From assembly GCA_907165135.1 (NCBI GenBank), contig OU015567.1:992001-1056000 (forward strand): a stretch of 64,000 bases of DNA, given 5' to 3'. Position numbers and translations under genes: made by a program. Shown one piece after another: positions 48,641 through 60,968 of this stretch (its first letter is position 1; every line of letters begins with the position of its first letter). This stretch comes from Oikopleura dioica (lineage: Eukaryota > Animalia > Chordata). The notes under the pieces were generated by a model, which was given only the letters and a program-made list of their open reading frames with translations, had not been told where the DNA came from and did not search any database.

Positions 48641-51074
48641 TGGTTTTTCAGGCATATTTCTCCCTATTCTTCTTATGATTATCATCAATAACTGATCCAT
48701 CCGCTTATTATCAGCTAATCCATCAACGTTCCCCTCAATTTTCTTCCGCCGATCTTCACTTTTTTCTGTCTACGGCCACGTGACTTCATAAACCGATAGG
48801 CTTGACATTGCCGGTTGGGCAGATTAGAAGCTTTCTTTCTTGCGTCTTATCTTTTTTGCTAAAATCTAACTCGCTTTGTTGCTGACCTAACTGCTCAAAA
48901 ATGCTGATTTCTTCAAAAAAGAAGAAGAATGATAATTTTTTTTTACCAAAAAGAAACGGGTTCATTATAATTTCAAATGTCTCTTTTTAGAGGGCCACTG
49001 TAATGACCACTGTAGATGTCGCGTTAATTAGGGTTGAAATCATTTTGCATTATGCATAAAAAATTGATAAGATGACATAAAAAGCGGGTTTTCGCTACTG
49101 ATAAGAGCTCTTATCAGCATCAAAAGCACGAGTAACAACACGGACACACTACAGTATTACAGAAGAAACCTAGACAGAGATTTTCTCGATCTTTTTTTTT
49201 TAGTTTGAGCGGTCCCCAAAATTGACCGCAAAAACTGAACCGCTCGGGAAACGAAAAGTCCGACATTTTTAATCGAAATTATTCAAAGCAACTGTCTAAG
49301 CCGCGTCAATTGCCCCGCTCGGCGGATGAGTGATTCTCATTTCACAGAAATTCGAAACGCTTTTCATGAATTCTCAGAATCGAACAACTACTGTAAAAAA
49401 AAAGGCAGTCTTACTGACACTGTTCAATAAAGACTGTTATTTTAGCAAAACTGATCTGCTTTTGATTTCGGCTTAATTCTGGCTGCTCTTAAGGCTCTCC
49501 TTGATTTATTTAATTGACTTCTTAATCGGGTTTTTCTCATTAATTTTGATTTCTGAAAAAAATTCACTTTTGTCGGAGAGGAAAGACAAATCGCCAAAAA
49601 AACGACAAAAATGATTAAAATTTGAGTCAAATTTTAAACCAATCAGATTTCTGCTTTCGGCTTGAAGGCCAATCAGATTTCAGATGAAATTTATGCCGAA
49701 AGAATTTTTTTTTCAAAATTTACAAAATCGCATCTAAAATGTGCAAAACAGCAAATTTTAATAATCGTGAAAACTCATGAGAAAACGCAGTGATGATGTA
49801 ACGCATTTCTATGATCAAACTCGTGCATATTTTTTCCTTGCTTCTCGGTTCAAAAACCACATTTCGCCGAAATAGCTGATGTAAATTCTGCGCGATTTTT
49901 GACGCTAGAATCCTCCTTTCGCCACCTTCCGAGGAAAAATTTAAACAACGCGCATTCCGGCGACGTAAGTTCATATCTTCTACGTGGAGAGCTTATTTCT
50001 TTAGAACAGTAAACGTTTAAGCCGACTTTGAACTGGAAAATCCGAAAAAAACGGACGAAAAAGACTGCGAAATAAGGGCTTCTTTTGGGCGAAAAACGTA
50101 AATTGCCAGAAATGTGGATTGATCAATTTGTCGAACGATAATAGCTTCTTGGTACAAGCACTCGAAGAAACACGCAACTAACGTATTTTTCAGGGGAAGA
50201 ATGTTTACTTGTAAAATATTGTAAAACATAAATTATGCGGAATAATTAAATTTAAATATTCAAATTTTGACGCAACTCGAATACAACAGAACACAACATT
50301 TTTTTTGAAAAGAACAATTTTTAAAAAATAAAAAATAAAATTTTTGAATAATTTAATAAATTATTAAAAAAATGAATAAATACCTTAAAAACTAATAATT
50401 TTCGAAGCGAACTTCTCCAATTTTTCTAAAATCTCTTCCTTTCTTCGGCGATCTCTTATTTTTATCTTTATTTCTACTTTTCCAAAAAGCGTCTTTTACA
50501 AGCGGATTAACCCGTGAGCAAAAATTCTCGTCTGATCTGTTACATGTACCAGGGTCCCTTCCATCCTCTTCTCGCGCCCCGGCCAATCAGCGCGCCGAAC
50601 GTCAAAGCGCCAGAGTTGTAGTAAAATCGCGAACGCTCATGGCGGGGCGCTCGAGAGCCAAAATCCAAAAAATACGTTTTTCGAAGCGAAAAAAATAGAT
50701 AAGAGCGCTCCGGGCTCATCTGCTGTACTTTCGCACTGCAAATACGGAAGATGATAAGAACGCGGCTGCTTTTAGATAAGCAACGGGAAATTCTGTTTAG
50801 TGAAAAAGTTAGAAAGTTTTTTTAGAAAAAATAATTATCGAGTATTTTATGAATTTTTATGTAACAAATGGGTGTATGAATGACCCAGTTATTAAAATGT
50901 CAAATTTCGCATACGCAAATATCAAGAATTTTCCTACGCGGAAGATTTTATTTTGACTCGAAGAAATTCTCTGCATCAGAGAGATGAAGAAATTTTATCT
51001 ATTTTTCTCTGCCGTAGCAGCAAGAAGAGCTTTATTCGAGGAAACATGCATGTAAGGCCCCTTTTCTTTATTAA

Positions 51075-51606
51075 CCTTACGCCGCCAAGTGTGCCATATA
51101 TGGCACCAAGACTTTAAAACGCCTGTAACTTATTTTTTACTTGGAGTTAGAGTCTCGCCGACCCCCCTTTATACCCCTACTTTTAGCTAAACTTTCACGT
51201 GGTAGGCCTTTGGTTGGCTTAGCTTCGCTACAAATGCGTCAAAATAGCGAATTTAGCTTCGCTACTCGTGTGCCATATATGGCACAAGAATGTTTTGTGA
51301 TGTGCCATATTTGGCACATTTGGCGGCGGTGGGACTTTTTCCGCCTAAAATGCATTGTAAGGAATTTTCCCTTATAAGAGGAAGATAAACATTTCCGACA
51401 TCAATCTGATGTCATTTGGTGTCATCTGATGTCCTATAATGTCAAATGTCTAACATTTGGAAGCATGACAAAAAATTTCCTATTTTCAACATCTCAAGCC
51501 GACTTTTTAAGAGTTGTGCCATATTTGGCACATCGAATACACTGCAATGTGCCATATATGGCACATTTGGCGGCGGGGGGTGAAATTCGAGTTTGGCGGC
51601 GTAAGG
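51075..51606. mobile_element. piggyBac-type MITE with internal GTGCCATATATGGCAC palindromes, in intron 1 of the Cys-rich gene
   Basis: TTAA|CCTTACGCCGCCAA ... TTGGCGGCGTAAGG|TTAA (perfect 14-bp TIR). Five copies of the palindrome (~51090, 51270, 51302, 51516, 51549). Confidence 0.92.
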
Positions 51607-52252
51607 TTAAAAATCTATTGAAAATTCTAGTGATGAAGAGCTGCAAAAAGACTGCATGGGAATAACGATTATACTGCGTGTCGTCTTCTGTGCGAGACAG
51701 AATACTGCTTGTCGATCTGCAACTCCGAGTTCGACAGTAAGAGATATCAAGAGGCAGAAATTTTCGTAAAATCAATATTGAGGATGTAACGAAGACTGCC
51801 CTTGTGGAGAAAATTGTCCAAACGGATGGCAAGGCTGTGAAAATCCAATTTGCCCAACAACTGAATCAATTAAATCAACAACACCTGGGGATAGTATTTT
51901 CTACCCCCGATGCGATGGTGCTGGCGTTGCCCAACTCAGATTCTCTGGAACAAAGCTTCTTCACCTTGATCGAGTCTCGTCGGGAAGTGCTATTCGAATC
52001 GTTGACATGGAAATTCTCGAGGGAGGAATCCAGAGAGGAAGGATCGAAGATGCTCTCACAAAACAGCAATGGAGGCTGAATTACTGGGGCTCAGTTAACG
52101 GCGGAAATTTCATCATGAAAGATTTCGGCGAAGGCGATTTTTGGAGATTTGTTCCTCATCCAACTTTTCCTGACACTTTCCAGATCCACTGGGACAATGA
52201 CTACCACTTTGACACCCACGTGAATGAACGGAATGCAATAACTTATCAGCCG

Positions 52253-52829
52253 CAGAGTTGCAAATTTGCTGAGCTGAGTGAGCTGAGCTGGCTGAGTGAG
52301 CTGAGCAGACGCTCAGCGCAGCTCAGCTCACTGATTTTCGAAAATGAATTTATCTGCTCAGCTCAGCTCAGCTAAGACAATAATCACTCAGCTCAGCTCA
52401 GCTCAGCTCAATTATTCTCGAACATGATCTATTCTGCTCAGCTCAGCTCAGCTCAGACAAGTATCATTCAGCTCAGCTCAGCTCAGCTCAGTGATTTTAA
52501 CACAATTTCACTACCAAAAAACAGTAAAAAATAGCTCAAATCATCCCACTTAGCTCAGCTCAGCTCTAATTAGGGTCTGCTCAGCTCAGCTCAGCTCAAC
52601 TACCTTAAAAAAAGGTCTGCTCAGCTCAGCTCAGCTCAATGACTTCTGAAAATGGCCAGCTCAGCTCAGCTCAGCTCAGTGAGCTCCGAAATAGGCAAGC
52701 TCAGCTCAGCTCAGCTCAGCTCAATGACTTCTGAAAATAGGCCAGCTCAGCTCAGCTCAGCTCAGAGAATTTCTCACGCAGCTCAGCTCAGCTCAGCTCA
52801 GCGAAAATAAAGCCAAATTTGCAACTCTG
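52253..52829. mobile_element. hAT-type MITE carrying spaced (GCTCA)n blocks
   Basis: Perfect 15-bp TIR CAGAGTTGCAAATTT and perfect 8-bp TSD ATCAGCCG (52245-52252, 52830-52837). Confidence 0.95.
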
Positions 52830-53494
52830 ATCAGCCGGGAATGATCAATGGACAAGATATCCTCTACGGTAAGGATAAAATTTTCATTTTCTTTTGATAT
52901 TAAAAATTTTATCCAAAAAGTTCCTCCGATTTCAAATGATGAATCTGTCAACATGGAAAACAAGATGTTTCATTGGACTTTTGAGCTGCCTTGAATCAAG
53001 TCTTTTTCCTGCTTTTCTCGAAATATAAAATCGAATAAACGAAAAAATCATTGAAAACGACCGTCAAAAGAACATTTAATCTCGGCGCGAAAAAAAAAAT
53101 CGCCGGAGGAGGTTTTCTAGAGCACCCCGTGCGAAAGTGGATTACGGAGGCTCATGCTAATCATGTAAGGCATGCGTGACTTAGAGTCGGACAAAATCTG
53201 AAACTGTTTTTTTCGCCGCTGGTTCAACTGAAATAACACTTAGCCTTCTTTCTTTTGAACCACTTGGTAAACGGTTGAGCATTTTCCTTTGAAGTCTCCC
53301 CGGCGAGAAAAGAAGAAAGATACATAAATACCATACCATTCAAATATGAGTTTTTTCCCACTCAAAAGAATGTTCACATCACGAGAGCGAAACTATCAGC
53401 AAGTGATGGGTTACAAACGTGCTTTGTCGAACAGACTGATGAAGATTTCGAAAAGCAGAAATGGCACCGAATCGATAAAATTTTGTTTTTTTTC

Positions 53495-53815
53495 GACCCC
53501 CCGTCAACAATTTTCCTCGAAAAATCGAAAATTTTAAAACAGCTTCTTAGACTTCCTTGAAGTTAAATACATCAAAAAACTTGGTCGGAGCCCTCTTTAA
53601 CTAATAAAAATCTAAAATTTTAGCAAAATTAGGTCATAATGGTCAATTTTCGGCGAAAAGTCCAATTTTCAAATGCAATTTTGGCGCTGATAGAGTCGAG
53701 ATTGACCTCCAAAAATGGAACCCGAAAATCGTTTTTGACCCGTAGAATCCATTTCCGGGGTCAAAATTATCAAATTCCGAATTTCGATTTTTCGTAAAGT
53801 GTTGACGGGGGTTCC
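53495..53815. mobile_element. Kolobok-like MITE K1 copy 3
   Basis: GACCCCCCGTCAACAATTTT ... AAAGTGTTGACGGGGGTTCC|TTAA, with internal homology to 11982-12311. Confidence 0.75.
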
Positions 53816-56178
53816 TTAATAATAGATGTTATATTAAACAAATGCAGACTTCAGATTTCCAAGTGAAACGTCACCATAAATTTATTTTGAATTCTTTGGC
53901 TCGCTGAAAAATTGCGTCTTCAATCGTGGTCATCTCAATTAACACTCATTTGTCACCAGATGCTAAGTAAGGCTTTTCGAATGGATGAATCGATTCTTTT
54001 TTTTTAATATAGGAAATCTTCTGAGCATCAATTTGATAGGTCACACTTAACCCTTACTCCTAAATTTCGTCAACTTCCGGCTCTAGAATCGGACTGGAAG
54101 TGGAATTTTCGAAAACAAAAAGGGTCAAAGTTCTTTGAATTTCCTGCTGATGACAAAAAGGTATGGTGTTAGGCTCTAATGGGCTAGAAAACCTCCAAAA
54201 CCTTAAAAAAGCGCGTCAATACTAATGAAAAAAGGCTCAAAATAGTATCAAACTCAATTTCATTAAAAAGTCCCTTTTCTACTGTATCATCTTTGAAAGC
54301 AAAGGTAAAGAGGTAAGAGATGGTTCTGGTTGAACTCACCGGACATGAGTTGTAAAATATTTGAAAATTGAAATAAACAGATCTGCCAGCTACGGAGAAA
54401 TCAAGGGAATCCTTTGCTTATAAACTTATGTCACAGTGCATTTGGCTTATAAAGTCAAATATTATTCCAGCCATCAAAATTTGCCAGAAAACAACTGTCA
54501 AAAAACTGAAGTCCGAAAAATGATTCATTAATTTTTTATCTCTTTGAATTCAATTTTCAATAATTTAATTTAAAACAACTTTTTTGAGCTTCGTTTTTTC
54601 CTTCTTCCGGAAGCCCAAGTGTTGAACTTGCCAAAACAAGAAAATTGGTAATAATAATTTGATCAAGACGAAGAAAGAAGTTATGGATGCTGGTTGGTAT
54701 GAAAACAGGGCGTATGATTATAAAACAGCGAAAAACGTGGACAGAAGCGAAATGAAATCACGTTAGAGGGTGGCAGGCAAAGGCTTGACCCGCCTTATCG
54801 AGTTTGAGGGTCACTATCTTAAGACGACGAGGTTTCAGTGGAAAATTTGAAGGCACCATAAAAATCCCTACGATCCCGACAATAGGTAATTTTGATTTAT
54901 ATTATATGAAAGAAGTCTACCAGCTATGATTTTCTCGTTCTTTTTCCCTGCAATTAGCTAAAGGATTATGAGCTTATAATTTCTATCATACTGTATGATG
55001 CATACATATATATTATATATCATATATATGGCTATATATTATATACGGCTCCAAGATTCATGATGGGGGGGGGGGTGTTATATATAATATATTATATATA
55101 ATATATAGCCGGGGCTTTAAAGTGAAAGTTTTTCTTAACAACTATTCTACCGACTCCCTTATCAATGAAAAGTTATCATGTTTTCTCGATCGACAACTTA
55201 AGGATATACAGCTCCTTAAAGGTAAGGTTGCTAGATGCAGGTTTTTTTGGTTTCGAATATTTGGCAATATTGGTCTTTGTTTTCAGTTTTTATTGTCTTA
55301 ATTGCCTTGAACTATGTTTTTGTAATAGTTTTTATGGTAAAATTGATTTTGATGGGGGGAGGGTGTGTCCCTTACACTGAATTTTCACCGTTCGGAAATT
55401 CTCTTTTAAAAAAAAAATCATATTCGCGGATATAATAGAATACCTATCTTTTGCGGTATATTTCTACTGTTGTATTTTTAAAAGAAACTTATCTGAACCT
55501 ATTGTAAACGTGGTGGGTGGTTCCGTTTTGATCTAAGCTGGATCGGTTCTTTCACTAATTGGATAACTTCCCGAAAGCTATTTAACAAATTTAAGAGCGA
55601 CAAGTTCCAGACAATTTGACGACGATCCGAAGGCGCTTTTCCGAAAAATCCAATCACGATAAATTTTCAAAATAAACCGTCTTACGTGAATAAATCCAGC
55701 AATTTTGATCCCTCCTCTTAGCGATCCAGATCTAACGAGAGCTAGTGGCGCAGAGACGAGTTATTTGAAAGAGGGTCATTACAAAAAGATAAAAATGCTT
55801 GAATTCGTTGCGCTGAAGTAATAACAAGGCTCAGTGAATTTCTTGAATTCCGCTTCCAACCCAGCGACGTGGTCCCACTCAAAAAACGCTTCGTGCAGAT
55901 TTGCTAAACGAATATTTTTCGAAGATGTTTTTCTTGACAGGATAGTTTCCAAACCCTCCCTTGCTCTCTGAATTTTAAATTTAGAAAGTTTTTATGAAAT
56001 TTTTAAAAATTCATGAAAAATGCGAACTTATAACTATGTAAAAGCAATGATATTTTCGTACTTTGAGCAAGTCTAGAAAGAAACAATAGAAAAAGCGCGG
56101 GCTAAGGGGCAACCAAAGCGGCAATCGCAAAGGGTCAACTACCTGCGCAACCCACTGTAAGAGAAAACAATATAAAAG

Positions 56179-56597
56179 ATGAAGATTTTCAAGTTTTTAA
56201 CAATTTTTGCTCTTGGCTCAGCGCAGCAAACTAGAATCGGGAGTAGATACTTCTGTATTGATGACAATTCTATACATGGTGATGGAAGAAGAAGCGATTT
56301 CAGATACTGCTCAGGAAAGGGTCACAGAGAAATTTTCCAAAGCTCGAAATTGTTTATTCAAAACCCTCGCTCAAGCAAGCTGTTGACGTCGTCGGAGGAG
56401 CTGACAATTTTATCCGGCTGTTGAATGAGACAATTGCCGGTGAGCTTCAAAGAGAAGTCGAATATCGCGGCGGTCTTGACGCTGTCCAATCTCGACTGAT
56501 GGAGGTTCTCGCTGCTTCTAGTGCCGCTGCTGGTGAAGGAATTGCCGCTCTGCAGACTTTGATCTTTGGAGGGCTCATGATGATGATGCAAAATTAA
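56179..56597 (+). CDS. Small secreted, possibly GPI-anchored protein; internal splice unresolved
   Basis: Signal-like MKIFKFLTIFALGSAQ. A downstream frame reads KPSLKQAVDVVGGADNFIRLL..SSAAAGEGIAALQTLIFGGLMMMMQN* (small residues then a hydrophobic tail). Confidence 0.45.
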
Positions 56598-57736
56598 AAC
56601 CCTAACCCTAACCCAAATTGTGCTTGAAATAACAAATCTTTCTTTAATAAATCTTGAAAAAAAAATCTTGTCTCTTTGAAATCGATTCTTTCTGAAAAAA
56701 TACTCATCTAAGATGCACGTCAATTTTGATCTTACGAGCTCCTTAAAAACGACAGTAAAGAAGCTTTTATGAAAATGAATGAAGCTAGCTTGCGCGTCTC
56801 GAGATCCCCGATCATCAGATTATCCTCAGACAGTAAGATTGATATGAAAAAAGATGACTCTCTTAAACTCACTTTTTGAAAAATTCGAAATGCTGAAGGC
56901 TTTTCGGAGGGAGATAAGAGACTTGAAGATTGGGTTACGAATTTTTGCCAAGACGAGGAGGCCGGTGTCGAAAAAGGATATGTAAGAGGATGAAAAGCTC
57001 AATCATCGCTTTTGGCCTTGATTTCTAAAAGAAAAGAAGAATATTAATTTTTTCTACTTGAAAATTTTCTTCCTTGATTTCAATTTAGCACTCGAGCGAA
57101 AAGGGGCAATCGCGGCCTTGAAATGTCAATTTACAACGGAATTTCAAGATTCAACAACGAGATTTTAAATATCCCGGGTGGGCAAAATTATCTTCCTTCT
57201 TTATAATTTTGTCAGTTTTCACCTCGCCGAAAATATCAGGCGGAGAAACCTCGATCAGCGTTTCTTTCGACGACTCGAATTCTTCCGAAGACGAGGACGA
57301 TGATTCGGACTATGTTTCGACCAGAGAAAACCGGCAAGAAGATGGCGGAGATACGGCTAAACAGTCTAAGAGGTAAAGAAAAAGAAAGAAGCTCTGAATG
57401 AATTGTTTTAGGCATCGAAAAATGAGCATTATCGCTGACGAAGAAGGAATGAAAGAAAAGCTCCACGATTTTCTTTGGTTTCCTCTTTGACTCCAAAATA
57501 ATTCATTATCAATAAATTCTATCTCCTTCGTTATTTACAGTAACCAAGCTACTATCCTGCTGTTTTTCCGAATCGCTTGGATCATGAAATTGACAAAACG
57601 ACTGGCGCTAAAATTTTTACTGCGCCCTGGAAACAGAACATTATTGAAATTAAGATTATGATTGGCAAATATCATATCTGTCGGCTGCTCATGCTTAGTT
57701 GAGAAATTACTACTCAGTTTTTGAACTTCCTGAGAG

Positions 57737-58398
57737 ATGAATTTTCAAAGATTTTTTCTAGCGATAGGTTTTTTTCATTCTCTTATTTGATAAAAGATTG
57801 ATTGTTTTTAGTGCTTGTTCAAGGACGTTTTTTTCGTGAAGAGCGCGAAGATAATTCGACGACGGAAGCTATTGACATTTTGACAACAGCTGCAGCAACA
57901 GATATACCTTTGGAGTCAGTTGCAACAGAGGAGCCCGTTGAATCATCAACATCATCATCAACAACAACATCAACAACGACAACAACAACTACTACAACGA
58001 CAACAGAAACAACCACGCCGCCAGAAGAAATCGTAGAAGAATCCACAACAGAAATTTTCATTTCTGTGAACACAACAGATTTAGATGATGAAAGCGGTAA
58101 AGAAGGATAAATGAACGTTTTTTTATTTGTTTTCAGGATCTGGAGGATGCTCCACTGGATGCATCATTGGAGCTGTTGTTGGAGGTGTATTCGGTGCATT
58201 GCTTATTATCTTGGCTCTTTGCAGCTGCTTTAGGTTTGTGAAACCTTCTTTTTTTCGATTCTCATTATCATCTTTTCTAGCACAAAGAAAGAAGTCGCCC
58301 CTACTGAAGTGAACAACTCAATCTCCTCTTCTGCATCATCTTCCTCGAACTCATCGGGAGCTTCCTCTAGAAAAAATTCCGAAAGCGACGAAAACTGA
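57737..58398 (+). CDS. Mucin-like type I membrane glycoprotein (Thr-rich stalk, GxxxG TM)
   Basis: Complete 4-exon model with consistent phases: signal MNFQRFFLAI|VLVQG, poly-Thr stalk, DDES|GSGG, TM IIGAVVGGVFGALLIILALC, Ser-rich tail; stop at 58396-58398. Confidence 0.85.
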
Positions 58399-58445
58399 AG
58401 AAAAAAATGTTTGATCAATACAATTTTATTTTTATGATAATGGCT

Positions 58446-58877
58446 TTATGTGTATTTCATTAGCTTTTTCTGCAGTCGTTGGATTTCAAGAGCGCATTGA
58501 GCTTTTCTCAAATCTGATTCGTCAAATTTTCCATCGTATCTCTTCAGTCTTTGTTTTTTCATCTTCTTTTTGAGGGATTTTCGTGTTGGTGGAGGTGGCG
58601 CATTCTTTTTGAAGTTGGATATTGATGAGCGGGACGAAAGGTCAGAGGGGTAAGAAAGATCGGATTTGATCTTTTTTTCTGCTTTTCGGACAAAAATCTT
58701 GAAATTTTGATGATTCATTAGGCCAAAACAGACATCGAAAGCCCCTTTTAAAACGTTGCTTACCTGAATCAAAAGCGTAATAAGAGCAATAAGACAAGTA
58801 ACCCCAGCGCCTAAAGCAACAAGTTTCGGTATTGACCACCAGCTCTTTCCAGGAGGAACCTCTTCATTTATATTCAA
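58446..58877 (-). CDS. Single-pass TM segment plus basic/Pro-rich cytoplasmic tail; possibly the 3' end of the CUB gene
   Basis: 143-codon ORF with TM LVALGAGVTCLIALITLLIQ and tail ..NAPPPPTRK... Pro/Thr-rich exon-like segments lie upstream at 58930-59170. Confidence 0.6.
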   Translation of the reverse strand: MNINEEVPPGKSWWSIPKLVALGAGVTCLIALITLLIQVSNVLKGAFDVCFGLMNHQNFKIFVRKAEKKIKSDLSYPSDLSSRSSISNFKKNAPPPPTRKSLKKKMKKQRLKRYDGKFDESDLRKAQCALEIQRLQKKLMKYT

Positions 58878-59629
58878 AAGCTCAAAGACATTTTTATCCG
58901 CTGAAAACTTCTACTTATATTTTTCTCTATTTATAAGATTTGAAGCGGCCCTTGAGTGCAAGAAGTCTGAGCGACTTCAGTTGTTATTGGAATTGAGGGC
59001 GATCGAGTCTGAGTTCTGCGAGTTGGCACTGGAGGCCCGAGGGGAGAGCCAGGAGGATATAGGTTCAGCTTTCCGTTTTTATCTATCATTCCCCCATCTG
59101 ATCGGTAAACTGGTACGTTGAGGGATGGTTGGTTGTTTATTTGCGGACGTTTTGGGCCAGACGTGCTATTATCAGGGTAGCTTTCATTTTCATTATTTTA
59201 TTTATAAGTTGCAGTTATTATTGTTTTGTAACTGACAATCAATTTTGCTTCATTTAATACAAAAATCTGGTAACAGTTAATTAGAAATCATAAATTTTCA
59301 TGATAAAATAGAGAATTATTGGACTTTTGAATCATTTTAACAGATTTTTTCTTAAAAAACATAAACGTTTTACCATGTATTCTGTATCATGATTTTCCAA
59401 ATTATAGAGTTTATACAGGTCAATGATCAAGCTTATTCTTTGAGAATCTCATTTTACTCTTATGAATGCCCGAATCGTTCCCTCTGGTTTATACTCCGAT
59501 GAGGTTTCGCTTGGATTATTGAACAGCTGGGTAAAGTCAAAGGATCCCGCTGATTTTTGTTATCAGATTTCATGGTATCGGAAACCGGAAAATAATGTTT
59601 CGCAAGAAAGCCGTGAAAAATTTTGTTTA

Positions 59630-60450
59630 ATATGAAAATACAAATCTTCTAGCTTCATCTTTGAAATACCCATTCCTAAAGCTCTGTCCATCAAAATCCG
59701 GCGGAGTCATTTTCCGCGGTCCAAAGTTATCGAAGCCTGAATTCGGCAGCGGCGCTCTTGTTATTGGCATTCTTCCGCCGCGGCGATTCCACGAGCCGAA
59801 ATGATTTCCTTCCGCCTGATCTTCATACGCAGCGTTGGTGAATTCATTGATCAAGTGTTCTAGGGATTGGGCGTAGTCTTTGTCGACCCAACGATACTTG
59901 AACATGTATCCTCGAGTTGGCATGTCGGAGGAGGAGGTTTCCGAGACGAAGGCTTTTATGATGACTTCATCACCTTAATTTTTGATTCAAACATCGTGGT
60001 TTTTATGGAGAAAGGAACGAACTGTCAGAGACGAAATCTGGCGGCGGTCGATCGTCACAAAGTGGCCCTAGCTCCCGCTGCGTTTCTCCGTCTAAGAATT
60101 TAATTACCCAAAGGATCTTACCGTCAATTTACCGATGACAGTTATATTTTGCTCCTCGCAAATCGGGCTCAGCAGAATATCCTCAAATTCAATCAAAATT
60201 CGCTGCTCAATATCGGGCGCGTAAATGTGGTAAATGCATTGCCAGCCAAGTTCGATTTTGTTTGGGTAAGATCTGGAGACGATGATTTTGGAGTCCTCGC
60301 CGGCTTGAAGCTCTTCGTTTGGGCACGCTAGAATCAAATATTGAAGGGCAATTAGTAGGAGTAATGAGTTGGCAGGATAAGCGTACTTGAGATGTCCCAG
60401 GTGAGGTCGGTTGGTATTCCAAATGGCTGAGAGTGGATTATTTTTTAGAC
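59630..60450 (-). CDS. CUB-domain protein
   Basis: ACPNEEL..SRSYPN..WQCIYHIYAP..RILIEFEDILLSPIC..I|DG..LGPLCD..PPDFVSD|SDEVII..FVS..RGYMFKY. Includes a 48-nt GT-AG intron; both ends unresolved. Confidence 0.75.
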
Positions 60451-60968
60451 ACCATAAAATATTTTCTCAATTTATCAGTTCGATTTTCGAAGAAAAAAAG
60501 AAACCAAAAAATCTGAAATCATATTCAATATTTTACTTACATGAAATATCCCATCTCATCGGCGGTAGGGCAAAAATTTCTCTAAGAATAAAAAATAAAA
60601 TTATCATCTTATTTTCATTTTAGGCGAATCAGAAAGATTTTTGCCTGAGAAAGGGATGAAGCTCTACTTACCATCTCGAAGATCAACCGTTTCAAATTTC
60701 GAAGCTTTCGAATCAAGCCAAATCGCGCGCGTTTTCTTACCAATGCTTCGAAATCCGCGCTTTGAGCAGTTTTAATCAGGTTATTTAATAAGGAAATCAG
60801 CTGAATAAATGCGACTCCAGCTTTTATCTATTATTATTGCGAATAAGTACCGGTTAGTTTCTCAAATAGACGCATTAATTTTTGAAAGGTCTACTTGGCA
60901 AAAGTATATTTAATACGCACGATGCTCAACTGATCAGCTCATTTTCAAACAAAAAAAAGGAATCAAAC

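Larger units (their letters stand above)
50984..52994 (+). pseudogene. Secreted Cys-rich (CPC..NCPxGC module) gene, apparently disrupted
   Basis: Signal-peptide exon MKKFYLFFSAVAA (50984-51051) and Cys module YTACRLLCETEYCLSICNSEFD|RCNEDCPCGENCPNGWQGCENPIC. There is an apparent frameshift at ~51660 and a hAT MITE inside the coding exon; the last exon stops at 52992-52994. Confidence 0.65.

Noticed and set aside
52253-52829. CRISPR-like repeat-spacer array of (GCTCA)n blocks
   Set aside because: The repeats are variable-length 5-mers and the spacers are irregular and partly duplicated. There are no cas genes, the context is eukaryotic, and the array is bounded by hAT TIRs and an 8-bp TSD.
52245-52837. 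Introner-type element creating a new intron
   Set aside because: None of the GT/GC/GA donors near the left end paired with the TSD AG restores the reading frame.
57819-58073. Poly-Val ORF on the minus strand
   Set aside because: Antisense shadow of the Thr-rich mucin exon.
59960-60010. Frameshift in the CUB gene
   Set aside because: A 48-nt phase-1 GT-AG intron restores the frame (DFVSD|SDEVII).
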